Below, in pieces: positions 11,064-26,156 of a DNA stretch of 64,000 nucleotides; position 1 is the first letter of the stretch; each line of letters begins with the position of its first letter. The translations under genes and the position numbers were made by a program. The stretch comes from Auanema rhodensis (Eukaryota > Animalia > Nematoda). The stretch spans positions 434,001-498,000 of the forward strand of contig OZ059895.1 of NCBI GenBank assembly GCA_964057225.1, in the 5' to 3' direction. The notes below the pieces were generated by a model, which was not told the origin of the DNA, did not search any database, and was given only the letters and a program-made list of their open reading frames with translations.

Positions 11064-14000
11064 AGTTATGATCGTTTGAAAAATGATGCATTAGTGTATG
11101 TTGAGTTTCCATGTACACTCAACATTGCTTCCAAAAACATTTTGACAAAAATTTTTTCGAAACATTTCAAAATAATTTAGCAAAAAGTAGATGTTTTTAG
11201 ATTCCTTTTTTTGAGGCAAAGACGATGGACAATGTTATTCAACGAAAAAATTAATTCTTCAGGGTGAAAATTGAGGATATAAGTGTGAACTTATATCAGT
11301 TGATATCTCGGTGCATTTTTAAGCTAGCGCAAATCTGATAACACAGATCGACGCAGCTTAAAAATCCGCATCGAATGCACTATACTACATTGAGAAACGC
11401 TTAATACAAAAATTAGTTATGATCGTTTGAAAAATGATGCATTAGTGTATGTTGAGTTTCCATGTACACTCAACATTGCTTCCAAAAACATTTTGACAAA
11501 AAGTTTTTCGAAAAATTTCAAAATAATTTAGCAAAAAGTAGATGTTTTTAGATTCCTTTTTTCAAAGCAAAGACGATGGACAATGTTATTCAACGAAAAA
11601 ATTAATTCTTCAGGGTGAAAATCGAGGATATAAGTGTGAACTTATATCAGTTGATATCTCGGTGCATTTTTAAGCTAGCGCAAATCTGATAACACAGATC
11701 GACGCAGCTTAAAAATCCGCATCGAATGCACTATACTACATTGAGAAACGCTTAATACAAAAATTAGTTTTGATCGTTTGAAAAATGATGCATTAGTGTA
11801 TGTTGAGTTTCCATGTACACTCAACATTGCTTCCAAAAACATTTTGACAAAAATTTTTTCGAAAAATTTCAAAATAATTTAGCAAAAAGTAGATGTTTTT
11901 AGATTCCATTTTTCAAAGCAAAGACGATGGACAATGTTATTCAACGAAAAAATTAATTCTTCAGGGTGAAAATCGAGGATATAAGTGTGAACTTATATCA
12001 GTTGATATCTCGGTGCATTTTTAAGTTAGCGCAAATCTGATAACACAGATCGACGCAGCTTAAAAATCCGCATCGAATGCACTATACTACATTGAGAAAC
12101 GCTTAATACAAAAATTAGTTATGATCGTTTGAAAAATGATGCATTAGTGTATGTTGAGTTTCCATGTACACTCAACATTGCTTCCAAAAACATTTTGACA
12201 AAAATTTTTTCGAAAAATTTCAAAATAATTTAGCAAAAAGTAGATGTTTTTAGATTCCATTTTTCAAAGCAAAGACGATGGACAATGTTATTCAACGAAA
12301 AAATTAATTCTTCAGGGTGAAAATCGAGGATATAAGTGTGAACTTATATCAGTTGATATCTCGGTGCATTTTTAAGTTAGCGCAAATCTGATAACACAGA
12401 TCGACGCAGCTTAAAAATCCGCATCGAATGCACTATACTACATTGAGAAACGCTTAATACAAAAATTAGTTATGATCGTTTGAAAAATGATGCATTAGTG
12501 TATGTTGAGTTTCCATGTACACTCAACATTGCTTCCAAAAACATTTTGACAAAAATTTTTTCGAAACATTTCAAAATAATTTAGCAAAAAGTAGATGTTT
12601 TTAGATTCCTTTTTTTGAGGCAAAGACGATGGACAATGTTATTCAACGAAAAAATTAATTCTTCAGGGTGAAAATTGAGGATATAAGTGTGAACTTATAT
12701 CAGTTGATATCTCGGTGCATTTTTAAGCTAGCGCAAATCTGATAACACAGATCGACGCAGCTTAAAAATCCGCATCGAATGCACTATACTACATTGAGAA
12801 ACGCTTAATACAAAAATTAGTTATGATCGTTTGAAAAATGATGCATTAGTGTATGTTGAGTTTCCATGTACACTCAACATTGCTTCCAAAAACATTTTGA
12901 CAAAAAGTTTTTCGAAAAATTTCAAAATAATTTAGCAAAAAGTAGATGTTTTTAGATTTCTTTTTTTAAGGCAAAGACGATGGACAATGTTATTCAACGA
13001 AAAAATTAATTCTTCAGGGTGAAAATCGAGGATATAAGTGTGAACTTATATCAGTTGATATCTCGGTGCATTTTTAAGTTAGCGCAAATCTGATAACACA
13101 GATCGACGCAGCTTAAAAATCCGCATCGAATGCACTATACTACATTGAGAAACGCTTAATACAAAAATTAGTTATGATCGTTTGAAAAATGATGCATTAG
13201 TGTATGTTGAGTTTCCATGTACACTCAACATTGCTTCCAAAAACATTTTGACAAAAATTTTTTCGAAACATTTCAAAATAATTTAGCAAAAAGTAGATGT
13301 TTTTAGATTCCTTTTTTTGAGGCAAAGACGATGGACAATGTTATTCAACGAAAAAATTAATTCTTCAGGGTGAAAATTGAGGATATAAGTGTGAACTTAT
13401 ATCAGTTGATATCTCGGTGCATTTTTAAGCTAGCGCAAATCTGATAACACAGATCGACGCAGCTTAAAAATCCGCATCGAATGCACTATACTACATTGAG
13501 AAACGCTTAATACAAAAATTAGTTATGATCGTTTGAAAAATGATGCATTAGTGTATGTTGAGTTTCCATGTACACTCAACATTGCTTCCAAAAACATTTT
13601 GACAAAAAGTTTTTCGAAAAATTTCAAAATAATTTAGCAAAAAGTAGATGTTTTTAGATTCCTTTTTTCAAAGCAAAGACGATGGACAATGTTATTCAAC
13701 GAAAAAATTAATTCTTCAGGGTGAAAATCGAGGATATAAGTGTGAACTTATATCAGTTGATATCTCGGTGCATTTTTAAGCTAGCGCAAATCTGATAACA
13801 CAGATCGACGCAGCTTAAAAATCCGCATCGAATGCACTATACTACATTGAGAAACGCTTAATACAAAAATTAGTTTTGATCGTTTGAAAAATGATGCATT
13901 AGTGTATGTTGAGTTTCCATGTACACTCAACATTGCTTCCAAAAACATTTTGACAAAAATTTTTTCGAAAAATTTCAAAATAATTTAGCAAAAAGTAGAT

Positions 14001-15275
14001 GTTTTTAGATTCCATTTTTCAAAGCAAAGACGATGGACAATGTTATTCAACGAAAAAATTAATTCTTCAGGGTGAAAATCGAGGATATAAGTGTGAACTT
14101 ATATCAGTTGATATCTCGGTGCATTTTTAAGTTAGCGCAAATCTGATAACACAGATCGACGCAGCTTAAAAATCCGCATCGAATGCACTATACTACATTG
14201 AGAAACGCTTAATACAAAAATTAGTTATGATCGTTTGAAAAATGATGCATTAGTGTATGTTGAGTTTCCATGTACACTCAACATTGCTTCCAAAAACATT
14301 TTGACAAAAATTTTTTCGAAAAATTTCAAAATAATTTAGCAAAAAGTAGATGTTTTTAGATTCCATTTTTCAAAGCAAAGACGATGGACAATGTTATTCA
14401 ACGAAAAAATTAATTCTTCAGGGTGAAAATCGAGGATATAAGTGTGAACTTATATCAGTTGATATCTCGGTGCATTTTTAAGTTAGCGCAAATCTGATAA
14501 CACAGATCGACGCAGCTTAAAAATCCGCATCGAATGCACTATACTACATTGAGAAACGCTTAATACAAAAATTAGTTATGATCGTTTGAAAAATGATGCA
14601 TTAGTGTATGTTGAGTTTCCATGTACACTCAACATTGCTTCCAAAAACATTTTGACAAAAATTTTTTCGAAACATTTCAAAATAATTTAGCAAAAAGTAG
14701 ATGTTTTTAGATTCCTTTTTTTGAGGCAAAGACGATGGACAATGTTATTCAACGAAAAAATTAATTTTTCAGGGTGAAAATTGAGGATATAAGTGTGAAC
14801 TTATATCAGTTGATATCTCGGTGCATTTTTAAGCTAGCGCAAATCTGATAACACAGATCGACGCAGCTTAAAAATCCGCATCGAATGCACTATACTACAT
14901 TGAGAAACGCTTAATACAAAAATTAGTTATGATCGTTTGAAAAATGATGCATTAGTGTATGTTGAGTTTCCATGTACACTCAACATTGCTTCCAAAAACA
15001 TTTTGACAAAAAGTTTTTCGAAAAATTTCAAAATAATTTAGCAAAAAGTAGATGTTTTTAGATTTCTTTTTTTAAGGCAAAGACGATGGACAATGTTATT
15101 CAACGAAAAAATTAATTCTTCAGGGTGAAAATCGAGGATATAAGTGTGAACTTATATCAGTTGATATCTCGGTGCATTTTTAAGCTAGCGCAAATCTGAT
15201 AACACAGATCGACGCAGCTTAAAAATCCGCATCGAGTGCACTATACTACATTGAGAAACGCTTAATACAAAAATT
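11064..15275 (-). repeat. 6-monomer (2106 bp) higher-order unit, two tandem copies
   Basis: The monomer-type order is the same in both copies. The private variant TTTTTTTAAGG is at 12967 and 15073. ORF-track copies at 11675 and 13781 are also 2106 apart. Confidence 0.85.
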
Positions 15276-18200
15276 AGTTATGATCGTTTGAAAAATGATG
15301 CATTAGTGTATGTTGAGTTTCCATGTACACTCAACATTGCTTCCAAAAACATTTTGACAAAAATTTTTTCGAAAAATTTCAAAATAATTTAGCAAAAAGT
15401 AGATGTTTTTAGATTCCTTTTTTTGAGGCAAAGACGATGGACAATGTTATTCAACGAAAAAATTAATTCTTCAGGGTGAAAATTGAGGATATAAGTGTGA
15501 ACTTATATCAGTTGATAACTCGGTGCATTTTTAAGTTAGCGCAAATCTGATAACACAGATCGACGCAGCTTGAAAATCCGCATCGAATGCACTATACTAC
15601 ATTGAGAAACGCTTAATACAAAAATTAGTTATGATCGTTTGAAAAATGATGCATTAGTGTATGTTGAGTTTCCATGTACACTCAACATTGCTTCCAAAAA
15701 CATTTTGACAAAAATTTTTTCGAAACATTTCAAAATAATTTAGCAAAAAGTAGATGTTTTTAGATTTCTTTTTTCAAGGCAAAGACGATGGACAATGTTA
15801 TTCAACGAAAAAATTAATTCTTCAGGGTGAAAATCGAGGATATAAGTGTGAACTTATATCAGTTGATATCTCGGTGCATTTTTAAGCTAGCGCAAATCTG
15901 ATAACACAGATCGACGCAGCTTAAAAATCCGCATCGAGTGCACTATACTACATTGAGAAACGCTTAATACAAAAATTAGTTATGATCGTTTGAAAAATGA
16001 TGCATTAGTGTATGTTGAGTTTCCATGTACACTCAACATTGCTTCCAAAAACATTTTGACAAAATTTTTTTCGAAAAATTTCAAAATAATTTAGCAAAAA
16101 GTAGATGTTTTTAGATTCCTTTTTTTGAGGCAAAGACGATGGACAATGTTATTCAACGAAAAAATTAATTCTTCAGGGTGAAAATTGAGGATATAAGTGT
16201 GAACTTATATCAGTTGATAACTCGGTGCATTTTTAAGTTAGCGCAAATCTGATAACACAGATCGACGCAGCTTGAAAATCCGCATCGAATGCACTATACT
16301 ACATTGAGAAACGCTTAATACAAAAATTAGTTATGATCGTTTGAAAAATGATGCATTAGTGTATGTTGAGTTTCCATGTACACTCAACATTGCTTCCAAA
16401 AACATTTTGACAAAAATTTTTTCGAAACATTTCAAAATAATTTAGCAAAAAGTAGATGTTTTTAGATTCCTTTTTTTGAGGCAAAGACGATGGACAATGT
16501 TATTCAACGAAAAAATTAATTCTTCAGGGTGAAAATCGAGGATATAAGTGTGAACTTATATCAGTTGATATCTCGGTGCATTTTTAAGTTAGCGCAAATC
16601 TGATAACACAGATCGACGCAGCTTAAAAATTCGGATCGAATGCACTATACTACATTGAGAAACGCTTAATACAAAAATTAGTTATGATCGTTTGAAAAAT
16701 GATGCATTAGTGTATGTTGAGTTTCCATGTACACTCAACATTGCTTCCAAAAACATTTTGACAAAAATTTTTTCGAAAAATTTCAAAATAATTTAGCAAA
16801 AAGTAGATGTTTTTAGATTCCATTTTTCAAGGCAAAGACAATGGACAATGTCATTCAACGAAAAAAATGATTCTTCAGGGTGAAAATCGAGGATATAAGT
16901 GTGAACTTATATCAGTTGATATCTCGGTGCATTTTTAAGCTAGCGCAAATATGATAACACAGATCGACGCAGCTTAAAAATTCGGATCGAATGCACTATA
17001 CTACATTGAGAAACGCTTAATACAAAAATTAGTTATGATCGTTTGAAAAATGATGCATTAGTGTATGTTGAGTTTCCATGTACACTCAACATTGCTTCCA
17101 AAAACATTTTGACAAAAATTTTTTCGAAACATTTCAAAATAATTTAGCAAAAAGTAGATGTTTTTAGATTCCTTTTTTCAAGGCAAAGACGATGGACAAT
17201 GTTATTCAACGAAAAAATTAATTCTTCAGGGTGAAAATCGAGGATATAAGTGTGAACTTATATCAGTTGATATCTCGGTGCATTTTTAAGCTAGCGCAAA
17301 TCTGATAACACAAATCGACGCAGCTTAAAAATCCGCATCGAATGCACTATACTACATTGAGAAACGCTTAATACAAAAATTAGTTATGATCGTTTGAAAA
17401 ATGATGCATTAGTGTATGTTGAGTTTCCATGTACACTCAACATTGCTTCCAAAAACATTTTGACAAAAATTTTTTCGAAAAATTTCAAAATAATTTAGCA
17501 AAAAGTAGATGTTTTTAGATTCCTTTTTTCAAGGCAAAGACGATGGACAATGTTATTCAACGAAAAAATTAATTCTTCAGGGAGAAAATCGAGGATATAA
17601 GTGTGAACTTATATCAGTTGATATCTCGGTGCATTTTTAAGCTAGCGCAAATCTGATAACACAGATCGACCCAGCTTAAAAATCCGCATCGAGTGCACTA
17701 TACTACATTGAGAAACGCTTAATACAAAAATTAGTTATGATCGTTTGAAAAATGATGCATTAGTGTATGTTGAGTTTCCATGTACACTCAACATTGCTTC
17801 CAAAAACATTTTGACAAAACTTTTTTCGAAACATTTCAAAATAATTTAGCAAAAAGTAGATGTTTTTAGATTCCTTTTTTCAAGGCAAAGACGATGGACA
17901 ATGTTATTCAACGAAAAAATTAATTCTTCAGGGTGAAAATTGAGGATATAAGTGTGAACTTATATCAGTTGATATCTCGGTGCATTTTTAAGTTAGCGCA
18001 AATCTGATAACACAGATCGACGCAGCTTAAAAATTCGCATCGAATGCACTATACTACATTGAGAAACGCTTAATACAAAAATTAGTTATGATCGTTTGAA
18101 AAATGATGCATTAGTGTATGTTGAGTTTCCATGTACACTCAACATTGCTTCCAAAAACATTTTGACAAAAATTTTTTCGAAACATTTCAAAATAATTTAG

Positions 18201-21200
18201 CAAAAAGTAGATGTTTTTAGATTCCTTTTTTTGAGGCAAAGACGATGGACAATGTTATTCAACGAAAAAATTAATTCTTCAGGGTGAAAATCGAGGATAT
18301 ATGTGTGAACTTATATCAGTTGATATCTCGGTGCATTTTTAAGTTAGCGCAAATCTGATAACACAAATCGACGCAGCTTAAAAATCCGCATCGAATGCAC
18401 TATACTACATTGAGAAACGCTTAATACAAAAATTAGTTATGATCGTTTGAAAAATGATGCAATAGTGTATGTTGAGTTTCCATGTACACTCAACATTGCT
18501 TCCAAAAACATTTTGACAAAACTTTTTTCGAAACATTTCAAAATAATTTAGCAAAAAGTAGATGTTTTTAGATTCCTTTTTTCAAGGCAAAGACGATGGA
18601 CAATGTTATTCAACGAAAAAATTAATTCTTCAGGGAGAAAATCGAGGATATAAGTGTGAACTTATATCAGTTGATATCTCGGGGCATTTTTAAGCTAGCG
18701 CAAATCTGATAACACAAATCGACGCAGCTTAAAAATCCGCATCGAATGCACTATACTACATTGAGAAACGCTTAATACAAAAATTAGTTATGATCGTTTG
18801 AAAAATGATGCATTAGTGTATGTTGAGTTTCCATGTACACTCAACATTGCTTCCAAAAACATTTTGACAAAAATTTTTTCGAAAAATTTCAAAATAATTT
18901 AGCAAAAAGTAGATGTTTTTAGATTCCTTTTTTCAAAGCAAAGACGATGGACAATGTTATTCAACGAAAAAATTAATTCTTCAGGGTGAAAATCGAGGAT
19001 ATAAGTGTGAACTTATATCAGTTGATATCTCGGTGCATTTTTAAGCTAGCGCAAATCTGATAACACAGATCGACGCAGCTTAAAAATCCGCATCGAATGC
19101 ACTATACTACATTGAGAAACGCTTAATACAAAAATTAGTTTTGATCGTTTGAAAAATGATGCATTAGTGTATGTTGAGTTTCCATGTACACTCAACATTG
19201 CTTCCAAAAACATTTTGACAAAAATTTTTTCGAAAAATTTCAAAATAATTTAGCAAAAAGTAGATGTTTTTAGATTCCATTTTTCAAAGCAAAGACGATG
19301 GACAATGTTATTCAACGAAAAAATTAATTCTTCAGGGTGAAAATCGAGGATATAAGTGTGAACTTATATCAGTTGATATCTCGGTGCATTTTTAAGTTAG
19401 CGCAAATCTGATAACACAGATCGACGCAGCTTAAAAATCCGCATCGAATGCACTATACTACATTGAGAAACGCTTAATACAAAAATTAGTTATGATCGTT
19501 TGAAAAATGATGCATTAGTGTATGTTGAGTTTCCATGTACACTCAACATTGCTTCCAAAAACATTTTGACAAAAATTTTTTCGAAACATTTCAAAATAAT
19601 TTAGCAAAAAGTAGATGTTTTTAGATTCCTTTTTTTGAGGCAAAGACGATGGACAATGTTATTCAACGAAAAAATTAATTCTTCAGGGTGAAAATTGAGG
19701 ATATAAGTGTGAACTTATATCAGTTGATATCTCGGTGCATTTTTAAGCTAGCGCAAATCTGATAACACAGATCGACGCAGCTTAAAAATCCGCATCGAAT
19801 GCACTATACTACATTGAGAAACGCTTAATACAAAAATTAGTTATGATCGTTTGAAAAATGATGCATTAGTGTATGTTGAGTTTCCATGTACACTCAACAT
19901 TGCTTCCAAAAACATTTTGACAAAAAGTTTTTCGAAAAATTTCAAAATAATTTAGCAAAAAGTAGATGTTTTTAGATTTCTTTTTTCAAGGCAAAGACGA
20001 TGGACAATGTTATTCAACGAAAAAATTAATTCTTCAGGGTGAAAATCGAGGATATAAGTGTGAACTTATATCAGTTGATATCTCGGTGCATTTTTAAGCT
20101 AGCGCAAATCTGATAACACAGATCGACGCAGCTTAAAAATCCGCATCGAGTGCACTATACTACATTGAGAAACGCTCAATACAAAAATTAGTTATGATCG
20201 TTTGAAAAATGATGCATTAGTGTATGTTGAGTTTCCATGTACACTCAACATTGCTTCCAAAAACATTTTGACAAAAAGTTTTTCGAAAAATTTCAAAATA
20301 ATTTAGCAAAAAGTAGATGTTTTTAGATTTCTTTTTTCAAGGCAAAGACGATGGACAATGTTATTCAACGAAAAAATTAATTCTTCAGGGTGAAAATCGA
20401 GGATATAAGTGTGAACTTATATCAGTTGATATCTCGGTGCATTTTTAAGCTAGCGCAAATCTGATAACACAGATCGACGCAGCTTAAAAATCCGCATCGA
20501 GTGCACTATACTACATTGAGAAACGCTTAATACAAAAATTAGTTATGATCGTTTGAAAAATGATGCATTAGTGTATGTTGAGTTTCCATGTACACTCAAC
20601 ATTGCTTCCAAAAACATTTTGACAAAAATTTTTTCGAAACATTTCAAAATAATTTAGCAAAAAGTAGATGTTTTTAGATTCCTTTTTTTGAGGCAAAGAC
20701 GATGGACAATGTTATTCAACGAAAAAATTAATTCTTCAGGGTGAAAATCGAGGATATAAGTGTGAACTTATATCAGTTGATATCTCGGTGCATTTTTAAG
20801 TTAGCGCAAATCTGATAACACAGATCGACGCAGCTTAAAAATTCGGATCGAATGCACTATACTACATTGAGAAACGCTTAATACAAAAATTAGTTATGAT
20901 CGTTTGAAAAATGATGCATTAGTGTATGTTGAGTTTCCATGTACACTCAACATTGCTTCCAAAAACATTTTGACAAAAATTTTTTCGAAAAATTTCAAAA
21001 TAATTTAGCAAAAAGTAGATGTTTTTAGATTCCATTTTTCAAGGCAAAGACAATGGACAATGTCATTCAACGAAAAAAATGATTCTTCAGGGTGAAAATC
21101 GAGGATATAAGTGTGAACTTATATCAGTTGATATCTCGGTGCATTTTTAAGCTAGCGCAAATATGATAACACAGATCGACGCAGCTTAAAAATCCGCATC

Positions 21201-23348
21201 GAATGCACTATACTACATTGAGAAACGCTTAATACAAAAATTTGTTATGATCGTTTGAAAAATGATGCATTAGTGTATGTTGAGTTTCCATGTACACTCA
21301 ACATTGCTTCCAAAAACATTTTGACAAAAATTTTTTCGAAACATTTTAAAATAATTTAGCAAAAAGTAGATGTTTTTAGATTCCTTTTTTCAAGGCAAAG
21401 ACGATGGACAATGTTATTCAACGAAAAAATTAATTCTTCAGGGTGAAAATCGAGGATATAAGTGTGAACTTATATCAGTTGATATCTCGGTGCATTTTTA
21501 AGCTAGCGCAAATCTGATAACACAAATCGACGCAGCTTAAAAATCCGCATCGAATGCACTATACTACATTGAGAAACGCTTAATACAAAAATTAGTTATG
21601 ATCGTTTGAAAAATGATGCATTAGTGTATGTTGAGTTTCCATGTACACTCAACATTGCTTCCAAAAACATTTTGACAAAAATTTTTTCGAAAAATTTCAA
21701 AATAATTTAGCAAAAAGTAGATGTTTTTAGATTCCTTTATTCAAGGCAAAGACGATGGACAATGTTATTCAACGAAAAAATTAATTCTTCAGGGAGAAAA
21801 TCGAGGATATAAGTGTGAACTTATATCAGTTGATATCTCGGTGCATTTTTAAGCTAGCGCAAATCTGATAACACAGATCGACGCAGCTTAAAAATCCGCA
21901 TCGAGTGCACTATACTACATTGAGAAACGCTTAATACAAAAATTAGTTATGATCGTTTGAAAAATGATGCATTAGTGTATGTTGAGTTTCCATGTACACT
22001 CAACATTGCTTCCAAAAACATTTTGACGAAAAGTTTTTCGAAAAATTTCAAAATAATTTAGCAAAAAGTAGATGTTTTTAGATTTCTTTTTTCAAGGCAA
22101 AGACGATGGACAATGTTATTCAACGAAAAAATTAATTCTTCAGGGTGAAAATCGAGGATATAAGTGTGAACTTATATCAGTTGATATCTCGGTGCATTTT
22201 TAAGTTAGCGCAAATCTGATAACACAGATCGACGCAGCTTAAAAATTCGCATCGAATGCACTATACTACATTGAGAAACGCTTAATACAAATATTAGTTA
22301 TGATCGTTTGAAAAATGATGCATTAGTGTATGTTGAGTTTCCATGTACACTCAACATTGCTTCCAAAAACATTTTGACAAAAATTTTTTCGAAACATTTC
22401 AAAATAATTTAGCAAAAAGTAGATGTTTTTAGATTCCTTTTTTTGAGGCAAAGACGATGGACAATGTTATTCAACGAAAAAATTAATTCTTCAGGGTGAA
22501 AATCGAGGATATAAGTGTGAACTTATATCAGTTGATATCTCGGTGCATTTTTAAGTTAGCGCAAATCTGATAACACAGATCGACGCAGCTTAAAAATTCG
22601 GATCGAATGCACTATACTACATTGAGAAACGCTTAATACAAAAATTAGTTATGATCGTTTGAAAAATGATGCATTAGTGTATGTTGAGTTTCCATGTACA
22701 CTCAACATTGCTTCCAAAAACATTTTGACAAAAATTTTTTCGAAAAATTTCAAAATAATTTAGCAAAAAGTAGATGTTTTTAGATTCCATTTTTCAAGGC
22801 AAAGACAATGGACAATGTCATTCAACGAAAAAAATGATTCTTCAGGGTGAAAATCGAGGATATAAGTGTGAACTTATATCAGTTGATATCTCGGTGCATT
22901 TTTAAGCTAGCGCAAATATGATAACACAGATCGACGCAGCTTAAAAATCCGCATCGAATGCACTATACTACATTGAGAAACGCTTAATACAAAAATTTGT
23001 TATGATCGTTTGAAAAATGATGCATTAGTGTATGTTGAGTTTCCATGTACACTCAACATTGCTTCCAAAAACATTTTGACAAAAATTTTTTCGAAACATT
23101 TCAAAATAATTTAGCAAAAAGTAGATGTTTTTAGATTCCTTTTTTCAAGGCAAAGACGATGGACAATGTTATTCAACGAAAAAATTAATTCTTCAGGGTG
23201 AAAATCGAGGATATAAGTGTGAACTTATATCAGTTGATATCTCGGTGCATTTTTAAGCTAGCGCAAATCTGATAACACAAATCGACGCAGCTTAAAAATC
23301 CGCATCGAATGCACTATACTACATTGAGAAACGCTAAATACAAAAATT

Positions 23349-26156
23349 AGTTATGATCGTTTGAAAAATGATGCATTAGTGTATGTTGAGTTTCCATGTA
23401 CACTCAACATTGCTTCCAAAAACATTTTGACAAAAATTTTTTCGAAAAATTTCAAAATAATTTAGCAAAAAGTAGATGTTTTTAGATTCCTTTATTCAAG
23501 GCAAAGACGATGGACAATGTTATTCAACGAAAAAATTAATTCTTCAGGGAGAAAATCGAGGATATAAGTGTGAACTTATATCAGTTGATATCTCGGTGCA
23601 TTTGTAAGCTAGCGCAAATCTGATAACACAGATCGACGCAGCTTAAAAATCCGCATCGAGTGCACTATACTACATTGAGAAACGCTTAATACAAAAATTA
23701 GTTATGATCGTTTGAAAAATGATGCATTAGTGTATGTTGAGTTTCCATGTACACTCAACATTGCTTCCAAAAACATTTTGACGAAAATTTTTTCGAAAAA
23801 TTTCAAAATAATTTAGCAAAAAGTAGATGTTTTTAGATTCCTTTTTTTGAGGCAAAGACGATGGACAATGTTATTCAACGAAAAAATTAATTCTTCAGGG
23901 TGAAAATTGAGGATATAAGTGTGAACTTATATCAGTTGATATCTCGGTGCATTTTTAAGTTAGCGCAAATCTGATAACACAGATCGACGCAGCTTAAAAA
24001 TTCGCATCGAATGCACTATACTACATTGAGAAACGCTTAATACAAATATTAGTTATGATCGTTTGAAAAATGATGCATTAGTGTATGTTGAGTTTCCATG
24101 TACACTCAACATTGCTTCCAAAAACATTTTGACAAAAATTTTTTCGAAACATTTCAAAATAATTTAGCAAAAAGTAGATGTTTTTAGATTCCTTTTTTTG
24201 AGGCAAAGACGATGGACAATGTTATTCAACGAAAAAATTAATTCTTCAGGGTGAAAATCGAGGATATATGTGTGAACTTATATCAGTTGATATCTCGGTG
24301 CATTTTTAAGTTAGCGCAAATCTGATAACACAAATCGACGCAGCTTAAAAATCCGCATCGAATGCACTATACTACATTGAGAAACGCTTAATACAAAAAT
24401 TAGTTATGATCGTTTGAAAAATGATGCAATAGTGTATGTTGAGTTTCCATGTACACTCAACATTGCTTCCAAAAACATTTTGACAAAACTTTTTTCGAAA
24501 CATTTCAAAATAATTTAGCAAAAAGTAGATGTTTTTAGATTCCTTTTTTCAAGGCAAAGACGATGGATAATGTTATTCAACGAAAAAATTAATTCTTCAG
24601 GGAGAAAATCGAGGATATAAGTGTGAACTTATATCAGTTGATATCTCGGGGCATTTTTAAGCTAGCGCAAATCTGATAACACAAATCGACGCAGCTTAAA
24701 AATCCGCATCGAATGCACTATACTACATTGAGAAACGCTTAATACAAAAATTAGTTATGATCGTTTGAAAAATGATGCATTAGTGTATGTTGAGTTTCCA
24801 TGTACACTCAACATTGCTTCCAAAAACATTTTGACAAAAATTTTTTCGAAAAATTTCAAAATAATTTAGCAAAAAGTAGATGTTTTTAGATTCCTTTATT
24901 CAAGGCAAAGACGATGGACAATGTTATTCAACGAAAAAATTAATTCTTCAGGGAGAAAATCGAGGATATAAGTGTGAACTTATATCAGTTGATATCTCGG
25001 TGCATTTGTAAGCTAGCGCAAATCTGATAACACAGATCGACGCAGCTTAAAAATCCGCATCGAGTGCACTATACTACATTGAGAAACGCTTAATACAAAA
25101 ATTAGTTATGATCGTTTGAAAAATGATGCATTAGTGTATGTTGAGTTTCCATGTACACTCAACATTGCTTCCAAAAACATTTTGACGAAAATTTTTTCGA
25201 AAAATTTCAAAATAATTTAGCAAAAAGTAGATGTTTTTAGATTCCTTTTTTTGAGGCAAAGACGATGGACAATGTTATTCAACGAAAAAATTAATTCTTC
25301 AGGGTGAAAATTGAGGATATAAGTGTGAACTTATATCAGTTGATATCTCGGTGCATTTTTAAGTTAGCGCAAATCTGATAACACAGATCGACGCAGCTTA
25401 AAAATTCGCATCGAATGCACTATACTACATTGAGAAACGCTTAATACAAATATTAGTTATGATCGTTTGAAAAATGATGCATTAGTGTATGTTGAGTTTC
25501 CATGTACACTCAACATTGCTTCCAAAAACATTTTGACAAAAATTTTTTCGAAACATTTCAAAATAATTTAGCAAAAAGTAGATGTTTTTAGATTCCTTTT
25601 TTTGAGGCAAAGACGATGGACAATGTTATTCAACGAAAAAATTAATTCTTCAGGGTGAAAATCGAGGATATATGTGTGAACTTATATCAGTTGATATCTC
25701 GGTGCATTTTTAAGTTAGCGCAAATCTGATAACACAAATCGACGCAGCTTAAAAATCCGCATCGAATGCACTATACTACATTGAGAAACGCTTAATACAA
25801 AAATTAGTTATGATCGTTTGAAAAATGATGCAATAGTGTATGTTGAGTTTCCATGTACACTCAACATTGCTTCCAAAAACATTTTGACAAAACTTTTTTC
25901 GAAACATTTCAAAATAATTTAGCAAAAAGTAGATGTTTTTAGATTCCTTTTTTCAAGGCAAAGACGATGGATAATGTTATTCAACGAAAAAATTAATTCT
26001 TCAGGGAGAAAATCGAGGATATAAGTGTGAACTTATATCAGTTGATATCTCGGGGCATTTTTAAGCTAGCGCAAATCTGATAACACAAATCGACGCAGCT
26101 TAAAAATCCGCATCGAATGCACTATACTACATTGAGAAACGCTTAATACAAAAATT
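23349..26156 (-). repeat. 4-monomer (1404 bp) higher-order unit, two tandem copies
   Basis: Private variants CATTTGTAAG at 23604/25008 and GATGGATAA at 24568/25972. Confidence 0.88.

Noticed and set aside
4622-19243. Eight near-identical 65-76 aa ORFs on - strand (MKFFEKIF...)
   Set aside because: They appear only where single SNPs remove consensus stops (TAA>AAA, and in three copies TAG>TAT). About 95% of monomers have the stops. The F/K/I/S-rich composition reflects A/T tracts.
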